DNA of 64,000 nt from an uncultured Mycoplasmatota bacterium (GTDB taxonomy: Bacteria; Bacillota_I; Bacilli_A; RF39; UBA660), in assembly GCA_946413985.1 (NCBI GenBank), contig CAMKMS010000001.1, forward strand, positions 12,317-76,316. The letters run 5' to 3'. Below, one piece after another: positions 57,007 through 64,000 of this stretch (position 1 is the stretch's first letter; each line of letters starts with the position of its first letter). The notes beneath the pieces were generated by a model. That model worked only from the letters and a program-made list of their open reading frames with translations, made no database searches and had not been told where the DNA came from. Made by a program: the position numbers and the translations under genes.

Positions 57007-58332
57007 ATGGAAGAAGTATTTAATTTTATTTTGAATGGTATAGGATTAAAAAAAGAAGACGCTATTGTTGCTGGAATATCAGGTGGACCAGATTCAATGG
57101 CTTTGTTACATATGCTTTTACAAATAAAAAAGAAAATAGATATTAGAATTATTTGTGCTCATATTAATCATAAACAAAGAAATGAAAGTGATGAAGAAGA
57201 AGAATATGTAAGAAGTTATTGTAGGGACAATGATATTATTTTTGAATGCATTACTATTAATCAATGGGGTGATGACAATTTCGAAAATGAAGCAAGAAGT
57301 ATAAGATATAACTTTTTCGATGAATTAATAAATAATTATAATGCATCATTTTTAATGACTGCACATCATGCTGATGATTTAATTGAAACAATATTAATGA
57401 GAATAGTAAGAGGTTCTACATTAAAAGGATATAGTGGATTTAATAAAATTGTTAATAAAGGAAATTATAAAATTGTGAGGCCTTTTTATACAATAACAAA
57501 AGATGATATTTTAAAATATAATGAAGAAAATAATATAAAATATTATATTGATTCAACAAATAATGAAGATTTTCATACTAGAAATAGATATAGACATATT
57601 GTCTTACCTTTTTTAAAAAATGAGAATCCAAATGTTCATAAAAAGTTTATAAAATTTAGTGAAACATTAATGGAATATAACAATTATATTGATAAAGAAG
57701 CTGAAAATAGTTTTAATAAAGTATTCTTAAATGGATCTTTGGATATAGATAAATTTAATGAATTAGATCATATTATACAAGTTAAAATTATATATTCTAT
57801 TTTAGAAAAAATATATGGAGATGATTTATTAATAATTGGGGATGCTCATGTAGATTTAATATTTGATCTAATAAAGTCAAATAAATCTAATAGTATTATT
57901 CATTTACCAAATAGTGTTGTTGTAATCAAATCATATAATGAAATTTCTTTTGATTATGATGAAGATGTGGAAGATGAATATGAAATAGAAATAAATGATA
58001 AAGTAAATCTTCCAAATGGAAAAATTATTGAAGTAGTAACAACTAATTATGATAATTCAAATTATACTTTAAAATTGAATAGTGAAGAAATTAAACTACC
58101 TTTATATGTTAGAAATAGAAGAGATGGGGATAGAATACATATCAAAGGAATGAATGGAAGAAAAAAAGTTAGTGATATTTTTATCAATGAGAAAATAAAA
58201 GTATCTGAAAGAGATATATGGCCTGTTGTACTTGATGCTGAAGATAATATAGTATGGATTCCTGGATTAAAAAAATCAAAATATGATAAGAAAAATGATG
58301 AAAAGTATGATATAATACTTAGGTATTATTAG
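57007..58332 (+). CDS. tilS: tRNA(Ile)-lysidine synthetase
   Basis: PP-loop SGGPDS, with a TilS substrate-binding C-terminal domain. The start was set to MEEVFN at 57007. Confidence 0.92.
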   Translation: MEEVFNFILNGIGLKKEDAIVAGISGGPDSMALLHMLLQIKKKIDIRIICAHINHKQRNESDEEEEYVRSYCRDNDIIFECITINQWGDDNFENEARSIRYNFFDELINNYNASFLMTAHHADDLIETILMRIVRGSTLKGYSGFNKIVNKGNYKIVRPFYTITKDDILKYNEENNIKYYIDSTNNEDFHTRNRYRHIVLPFLKNENPNVHKKFIKFSETLMEYNNYIDKEAENSFNKVFLNGSLDIDKFNELDHIIQVKIIYSILEKIYGDDLLIIGDAHVDLIFDLIKSNKSNSIIHLPNSVVVIKSYNEISFDYDEDVEDEYEIEINDKVNLPNGKIIEVVTTNYDNSNYTLKLNSEEIKLPLYVRNRRDGDRIHIKGMNGRKKVSDIFINEKIKVSERDIWPVVLDAEDNIVWIPGLKKSKYDKKNDEKYDIILRYY

Positions 58333-58345
58333 AAAGGCGGACACT

Positions 58346-60298
58346 ATGAATATTAAAAAAACTAAAAGAAATGTTAATTATTTACCTTATTTATTACTTA
58401 TTACTGTAATAGTTTTTTCACTAATATTTACTAATACATTAGGAAATAAAGTAAATGAATTAAACTATACAGAATTAGTTAATGAATTAAATAATGATAA
58501 TGTAAGTGAAATAAATATTACTCCTAAAAATGCATATGGTGTATACATTATTACTGGTAAACTAAAAAATTATGATAAAAATGAAAAGTTTAAAGCTACA
58601 GTACCATATACTGATACTTTAATATCAACTATTTATAATACAGCTGAAGAACATAATGTTAAGACTGTATCAAATACCGAAAATATAGATTGGTTATCAA
58701 TAGTAATAAATGTAGTACCACTTTTATTAATTGGAGTCTTGTTTTATTTAATGTTATCAAAATTAGGAAGTGCTGGTAAAGGAACTTTTGATTTTGGTAA
58801 AAGTAGAGCAAAATTATCAGAAGAAGGTGGAACTAAAACATTTAAAGATGTAGCTGGATTAAAAGAAGAAAAAGAAGAAGTTCAAGAGTTAATTGATTTC
58901 TTAAAAAATCCAAAGAAGTTTACAAAAATGGGAGCAAGAATTCCAAAAGGAGTATTATTAGTTGGTCCTCCAGGAACAGGAAAAACTTTACTTGCCAAAG
59001 CTGTTGCTGGTGAAGCAAAAGTACCGTTCTTCTATATTAGTGGTTCTGATTTTGTCGAATTATTTGTTGGTGTAGGAGCATCTCGTGTTAGAGATATGTT
59101 CCAACAAGCAAAACAAACCGCACCATGTTTAATATTTATTGATGAAATAGATGCAGTTGGACGAGAAAGAGGAACTGGACTTGGTGGTGGACATGATGAA
59201 AGAGAGCAAACATTAAATCAATTATTAAGTGAAATGGATGGATTTGGTGAAAATGAAGGAATTATAATAATTGCTGCTACAAATAGACCAGATGTATTGG
59301 ATCCAGCGCTTTTAAGACCAGGAAGATTTGATAGACAAGTAACTGTTGGAAAACCAGATGTTAAAGAAAGAGAAGAAATATTAAAAGTACATGCTAAGAA
59401 TAAAATATTAGATGATAATGTTAATTTAAAATTTATTGCTAGTCGTACTCCAGGATATAGTGGAGCAGATCTTGAAAACTTACTTAATGAAGCTGCACTT
59501 TTAGCAGTAAGACGTAATAAAGAATCAATAACAATGGAAGAAATAGATGAAGCTAGTGATAGAGTTCTTATGGGTCCTGCTAAAACAAGTAGAAAAGTAA
59601 GTGACTATGAAAAGAAAATTGTTGCATATCATGAAGCTGGACATGCTGTTAGTGGAATAGTTCTTCCTAATGGAGAAGAAGTTCATAAAATAACAATTAT
59701 TCCTCGTGGTGTAGCAGGTGGTTATACTCAAATGTTACCAAAAGAGGAAAGAACACTAGTATATACAGAAAAAGAATTAAAAGAACAAATTATTACTTTA
59801 TTATCAGGTCGTGCAAGTGAAGAAACATATATGCATGAAATATCTACGGGTGCTAGTGATGACTTTAAAAGAGCAACTAAAATTGCAAGAAGTATGGTTA
59901 CAGAGTATGGTATGAGTTCTCTTGGACCAATGCAATTTGAACATCAAAGTGAAAGTGTTTTCTTAGGAAGAGATTATAATCAAACTAAGAATTTCTCAGA
60001 TCAAGTTGCATTATTAATAGATCAAGAAGTTAAAAAAATTATTGATGAATGTTATAAAGAAGCAAAGAAGATAGTCTCTAGTGAGAAAAAATTAATTGAA
60101 ATACTTGCTAATGCTTTAATTCAAAAAGAAACTATTACTAAAGAAGAAATAGAAGATTTAGTTGAAGCTAATAGCAATTATAAAATTAAAGAAGAAGATA
60201 AAAAAGAATCAAAAGATGAAACAAAAAAAGAAGTAAAAGAAGATTCAAAAAAAGATTCTAAAGACGATTCAAAGAAAGAAAGTAAAAAAGATGAATAA
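58346..60298 (+). CDS. ftsH: ATP-dependent zinc metalloprotease FtsH
   Basis: Walker [12 protein letters not shown] region, HEAGH zinc site, two N-terminal TM segments and a Lys/Glu/Asp-rich tail. Confidence 0.97.
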   Translation: MNIKKTKRNVNYLPYLLLITVIVFSLIFTNTLGNKVNELNYTELVNELNNDNVSEINITPKNAYGVYIITGKLKNYDKNEKFKATVPYTDTLISTIYNTAEEHNVKTVSNTENIDWLSIVINVVPLLLIGVLFYLMLSKLGSAGKGTFDFGKSRAKLSEEGGTKTFKDVAGLKEEKEEVQELIDFLKNPKKFTKMGARIPKGVLLVGPPGTGKTLLAKAVAGEAKVPFFYISGSDFVELFVGVGASRVRDMFQQAKQTAPCLIFIDEIDAVGRERGTGLGGGHDEREQTLNQLLSEMDGFGENEGIIIIAATNRPDVLDPALLRPGRFDRQVTVGKPDVKEREEILKVHAKNKILDDNVNLKFIASRTPGYSGADLENLLNEAALLAVRRNKESITMEEIDEASDRVLMGPAKTSRKVSDYEKKIVAYHEAGHAVSGIVLPNGEEVHKITIIPRGVAGGYTQMLPKEERTLVYTEKELKEQIITLLSGRASEETYMHEISTGASDDFKRATKIARSMVTEYGMSSLGPMQFEHQSESVFLGRDYNQTKNFSDQVALLIDQEVKKIIDECYKEAKKIVSSEKKLIEILANALIQKETITKEEIEDLVEANSNYKIKEEDKKESKDETKKEVKEDSKKDSKDDSKKESKKDE

Positions 60299-60325
60299 GA
60301 GATTACACAATTGTAATCTCTTTTT
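60299..60325 (+). terminator. Rho-independent terminator after ftsH
   Basis: GAGATTACA-CAAT-TGTAATCTC followed by T5. Confidence 0.75.
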
Positions 60326-60343
60326 AGTAAAAAAGGAGTGAAT

Positions 60344-61237
60344 ATGAAAGAAAAAACATTAATTATACTTGCTGCTGGAATGGGAAGTAGATACGGAGGT
60401 TTAAAACAAACAGAAAAATTTGGACCAAATGGAGAATATATTATTGATTATTCAATATTTGATGCAATAAAAGTTGGATTTAATAAAGTTGTATTTGTTA
60501 TTAAAGAAGAAAACTATGATTTATTTAGAGAAACAGTTGGAAAAAGAGTAGAAGATCATATAAAGGTAGAATATGTTTTTCAAAATAATGATAATGTTGA
60601 TAAGAAGTATATTATTCCAGAAGAAAGAGTTAAGCCTCTAGGAACAGCACATGCTATATTATGTGCAAAAAACAAGGTTCATGAGCAATTTGCTATTATT
60701 AATGCTGATGATTTTTATGGAAGAGATGCATTTAAAGTAGCAAGTGATTTTATGAATATGAATGAAAAGGATATAGCTATTATTGGATACAAAGTTAATA
60801 ATACATTAACAGAAAATGGAGCAGTAAAAAGAGGGCTTCTTAAAATGGAAGATGGAAAATTATTAGAAATAATAGAAAGTAGTATTGAAACAAAGGATGG
60901 CAAAATAGAAGCCTCTCCTCTTTCAGGAAAAGATAGTTTTGTAATATCAGAAAATGATTTAGTATCAATGAATATGATTGTATTTCCAGCAAATTTCTTT
61001 GATTATATTGAAAAAAACTTTGATGATTTTTTAAAAAATAATGATTTAGCTAAGGTAGAATATTTAATACCAGATGTAATTTCTAAGGCTTTAAATGAAA
61101 AATTACTAAATGTATATATTGAACCAACTATTGCAAAATGGGTTGGAGTTACATATAAAGAAGACAAAGAAAGTGTACAAAATTATATAAATTCATTAAT
61201 AAAAGACAACGAATACAAAAATGACCTTTGGTCATAA
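60344..61237 (+). CDS. Sugar-phosphate nucleotidyltransferase (NTP_transferase family)
   Basis: N-terminal LAAGMGSRYGGLKQ signature. The substrate is not assignable. The start was set to the ATG at 60344, after an AAGGAG RBS. Confidence 0.7.
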   Translation: MKEKTLIILAAGMGSRYGGLKQTEKFGPNGEYIIDYSIFDAIKVGFNKVVFVIKEENYDLFRETVGKRVEDHIKVEYVFQNNDNVDKKYIIPEERVKPLGTAHAILCAKNKVHEQFAIINADDFYGRDAFKVASDFMNMNEKDIAIIGYKVNNTLTENGAVKRGLLKMEDGKLLEIIESSIETKDGKIEASPLSGKDSFVISENDLVSMNMIVFPANFFDYIEKNFDDFLKNNDLAKVEYLIPDVISKALNEKLLNVYIEPTIAKWVGVTYKEDKESVQNYINSLIKDNEYKNDLWS

Positions 61238-61287
61238 TTGACACAATTAAAAATAGTTGTATAATATTTCGGAAGGCAGGTGGAAGT

Positions 61288-61836
61288 ATGATTCTATTTA
61301 TTGATACTCATGATGAGTTAATTACTGTAGCACTTAAGAATAATGATACATTATATATCAAGACAAAAGAGAGTGAATATAGTCACTCTATTTATACTAT
61401 GCCTTTAATTGAGAGTTTATTTAAAGAAAATAATCTAGATGTTAAAGATTTAAATAAAATAATAGTTGTAAATGGTCCAGGTAGTTTTACTGGAATTAGA
61501 ATAGGTCTTTCAATTGCAAAAACAATGGCTTTTGCATTAAATATTGACATTAATACTATTTCTAGTTTAAAAGCATATCTAATTAGTAATCCTGGTGGAA
61601 AAAGAAAATCTGTAATAGAAGATAATAAAGGGTATTATATTTGTGCTATGGATGAAAATAATAAAGTAATTGTTGATGAGTATTATAGTACTATAGATAA
61701 TGAAGACTATCCAGTAGTTGAAAATAAACTGGATGTTGATTTAATTATAGAATATTTAAAAAACAATAAAAGTGAAGATCCACATCATGTTAGCGCAAAT
61801 TATGTAAAAAAGATTGAGGTGGAACATGATAAGTAA
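61288..61836 (+). CDS. tsaB: tRNA threonylcarbamoyladenosine biosynthesis protein TsaB
   Basis: YeaZ-like NGPGSFTGIRIG motif. The start was set to MILFIDT at 61288, after a GGTGGA RBS. Confidence 0.85.
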   Translation: MILFIDTHDELITVALKNNDTLYIKTKESEYSHSIYTMPLIESLFKENNLDVKDLNKIIVVNGPGSFTGIRIGLSIAKTMAFALNIDINTISSLKAYLISNPGGKRKSVIEDNKGYYICAMDENNKVIVDEYYSTIDNEDYPVVENKLDVDLIIEYLKNNKSEDPHHVSANYVKKIEVEHDK

Positions 61837-62158
61837 AGAAATACTAAATGATACTGATGCAGTTTATAATTTTATGGATGGTGAAAAAGTATTAGGTTAT
61901 TTAGAAATTAGATTAGTTGATGGTGTCCTTGATATTATGAATTTATTTGTTAATGAAGAAGAAAGACGTAAAGGGATTGCTACTTCTTTAATGAATGAAG
62001 TTATTGAAAAAGAAGATTATAGTCGTATTATGTTAGAAGTTAATGAACATAATGATGAAGCATTAAGATTATATACAAAATTAGGTTTTACCGAAATCAG
62101 TTTGCGTGAAAGATATTATGGAGAAGATACTGCAATTATTATGGAGAAGGTGAAGTAA
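61826..62158 (+). CDS. rimI: Ribosomal-protein-alanine N-acetyltransferase (GNAT)
   Basis: GNAT acetyl-CoA motif RRKGIATSL, in the conserved tsaB-rimI-tsaD order. The protein is short, about 110 aa. Confidence 0.75.
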   Translation: MISKEILNDTDAVYNFMDGEKVLGYLEIRLVDGVLDIMNLFVNEEERRKGIATSLMNEVIEKEDYSRIMLEVNEHNDEALRLYTKLGFTEISLRERYYGEDTAIIMEKVK

Positions 62159-63165
62159 TGAAGGATGTTTATATTCTAGCAGTTGAATCATCATGTGATG
62201 AAACAAGTGTAAGTATAATTAAAAATGGTTATGAAGACGTTGCTACTATCATTAATTCACAAATAGATGTACATACTAAATATGGTGGGGTTGTTCCTGA
62301 AGTCGCAAGTAGACTTCATCTTGAAAACATAACTATGGTAATTAATGAATGTTTAGAAAAAGCTAATATGAGTTTATCTGATATGGATGCTTTTGCTTGT
62401 ACATATGCTCCTGGATTACTTGGGAGTTTACTTGTTGGTGTTGAAGCAACTAAAGCTCTTTCTTTTATTTATAATAAACCTTTAATAGCAACAAATCATA
62501 TGATGGGTCATATATATGCAAATATGATTGGAAACAAACTTAGTTATCCATTAATTTCGCTTATTGTTAGTGGAGGTCATACTGATTTAATATTAATGGA
62601 AAGTGAAGATAGTTTTAAATATCTTGGATCTACTTTAGATGATGCTATTGGAGAAGCATATGATAAAGTAGCAAGAATACTTGATTTACCTTATCCAGGT
62701 GGACCAAATGTTGAAAAATATGCTCAAAGTGGTAAACCAACTTATAAAATGCCACAAATTATGAATGATGAATCATTTAATTTCAGTTTTAGTGGTATTA
62801 AGAGCCATTGTAATAATTTAGTTCATAATGAACATCAAAGAGGACATGAAATAAACAAAAATGATTTAGCTTGTTCTTTTCAAAATTGTGTTACATCTCA
62901 TTTGGTTGATAAAACAAAAAAGGCACTTCTTCAATATAATATTAAAACTTTCTTATTAAGTGGAGGAGTTGCTGCTAATTCATTTATTAGAAATTCTCTT
63001 AAAGATATGTGTGATGAAATTGGTGTAGAAATGCATATGCCTGAAAAAAAATATTGCACAGATAATGCTGCTATGATAGGTGCAGCAGCATATGTATTGT
63101 ATAAACATAAAAAGTTTTCAGACCTATCTATAAATGCACAGAGTCATATAACATTAAATGATTAA
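62158..63165 (+). CDS. tsaD: tRNA N6-adenosine threonylcarbamoyltransferase TsaD
   Basis: ESSCDETS, HMMGHI (metal site) and SGGVAAN motifs. Confidence 0.95.
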   Translation: MKDVYILAVESSCDETSVSIIKNGYEDVATIINSQIDVHTKYGGVVPEVASRLHLENITMVINECLEKANMSLSDMDAFACTYAPGLLGSLLVGVEATKALSFIYNKPLIATNHMMGHIYANMIGNKLSYPLISLIVSGGHTDLILMESEDSFKYLGSTLDDAIGEAYDKVARILDLPYPGGPNVEKYAQSGKPTYKMPQIMNDESFNFSFSGIKSHCNNLVHNEHQRGHEINKNDLACSFQNCVTSHLVDKTKKALLQYNIKTFLLSGGVAANSFIRNSLKDMCDEIGVEMHMPEKKYCTDNAAMIGAAAYVLYKHKKFSDLSINAQSHITLND

Positions 63166-63192
63166 AAAAGATCTTAGTTTTAAGATCTTTTT
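63165..63192. terminator. Bidirectional terminator
   Basis: AAAGATCTTA-GTTT-TAAGATCTTT with flanking A-run and T-run. Confidence 0.75.
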
Positions 63193-64000
63193 ATAATACA
63201 TCTTCTTCAAATCCTACTTTTTCTTTTATTAAGAAATATGTTTTATCTTTCTTTTTATTAAATATTGTATGTAAGAATATATTTAGTGAATTTGTTAATA
63301 GAATAAATATTAATAATACATTATTATTAACAGTAAATATTTCTAGAATAGTCAACAATAAATATATAAATGTAATAGTTAATAATACTAAATTAATTGT
63401 ATTAAATATTATATTTTTATTATTTGAATAAGATAATAATTTTTGATAATTAATATCTTCCAATTTATTAATATCTGTTTTCATATAATAAGTATTAAAA
63501 CCTATTTCATGAAAAGTATATAATGAAAATGGTTTTATTTTTGTATATTCAATAATTGCATTTACAACGTTTCTTTTCATTATTCTTGAATACATAATAC
63601 TACTGTCATATTTTAAACCATATAGTTTATTAAATAGTTTTAGTTTAGTTTTCTTTATAAAGCTTTTCTCGTCATAGTTTGTTTGTAAACATACTTGGTC
63701 ATATTCTTTATGTTTAGTAATGTAATCATACATTTTAGAAATTTGTGATAATTGAATATTATCATCTAAATTATATATACAAACTAATTGATGTTTTGTA
63801 TGTAAAAGACCAGTATATATACATGTATCTTTATCAAATTTTTTAGAAAGACTAATAATTTTTATACATAAGTCGTTTTTTTGTTGTATATTTTTTAATA
63901 AATCTAAAGTTTTATCAGTTGAAGAATTATCTACAAATATAATATTGTATTTAATATCTTTTAATTCATCTTCTATTTTGTTATATAAAGATTCTATTGT
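63191..64000 (-). CDS. Family 2 glycosyltransferase (GtrB/CsbB-like, C-terminal TM helices), N-terminus beyond window
   Basis: I checked the minus-strand frame codon by codon, and it stays open from 64000 to the ORF-track Met at 63733. The extension reads ..YNIIFVDNSSTDKTLDLLKNIQQKN..IKIISLSKKFDKDTCIYTGL.H......VCIYNLDDNIQ.., a GT2 core. So the 180-aa ORF is only the C-terminal part. Confidence 0.7.
   Translation of the reverse strand, partial: TIESLYNKIEDELKDIKYNIIFVDNSSTDKTLDLLKNIQQKNDLCIKIISLSKKFDKDTCIYTGLLHTKHQLVCIYNLDDNIQLSQISKMYDYITKHKEYDQVCLQTNYDEKSFIKKTKLKLFNKLYGLKYDSSIMYSRIMKRNVVNAIIEYTKIKPFSLYTFHEIGFNTYYMKTDINKLEDINYQKLLSYSNNKNIIFNTINLVLLTITFIYLLLTILEIFTVNNNVLLIFILLTNSLNIFLHTIFNKKKDKTYFLIKEKVGFEEDVL

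Overview
This is an origin-of-replication window from a very AT-rich, endospore-forming Bacillota chromosome. The RNA polymerase delta subunit gene, a comK homolog and Bacillus-like sporulation gene order suggest a Bacilli/Erysipelotrichia-like lineage; that is inference. The core is rpmH-rnpA-yidC-jag-mnmE-mnmG-rsmG-noc-like on the minus strand. The oriC/dnaA promoter region (32441-32830) follows, then dnaA-dnaN-comK-recF-gyrB-gyrA on the plus strand. Gene orientation switches at oriC, as expected for co-directional replication and transcription.

Right of gyrA lie a perfect Noc-binding-site palindrome, two parS palindromes and a minimal SRP RNA. After these come tadA-dnaX-ybaB-recR-(bofA-like)-holB-yaaT-yabB-rsmI-pth-mfd-spoVT-tatD-3D-rsmA-yabG-veg-spoVG-yabP-yabQ-divIC-tilS-ftsH, a nucleotidyltransferase, tsaB-rimI-tsaD and a partial GT2 glycosyltransferase.

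Left of oriC are housekeeping genes: rplM, dusB, rpsR-ssb-rpsF, argS, typA, rpmE, murA, spoIIR, prmC-prfA, rpoE, a class A PBP and an SPFH/zinc-ribbon protein. One accessory patch (about 10.8-16.6 kb) interrupts them. It holds three paralogous XRE regulators, a non-canonical Fic protein, a small exported protein, a 1-kb ORF-free region of about 95% A+T with degenerate ~70-bp repeats, and a divergent [FeFe]-hydrogenase-like protein.

The most unusual element is a ~460-nt, G/C-enriched, highly structured non-coding RNA (7903-8369). A near-consensus promoter drives it, a terminal helix closes it, and a 4-TM DUF21-like membrane protein gene follows directly. This is either an OLE/OapA-like pair or an undescribed large ncRNA system.

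I saw no rRNA, tRNA, CRISPR array, transposase or integrase. All family assignments come from motif-level reading of the translations. No database or covariance-model search could be run.
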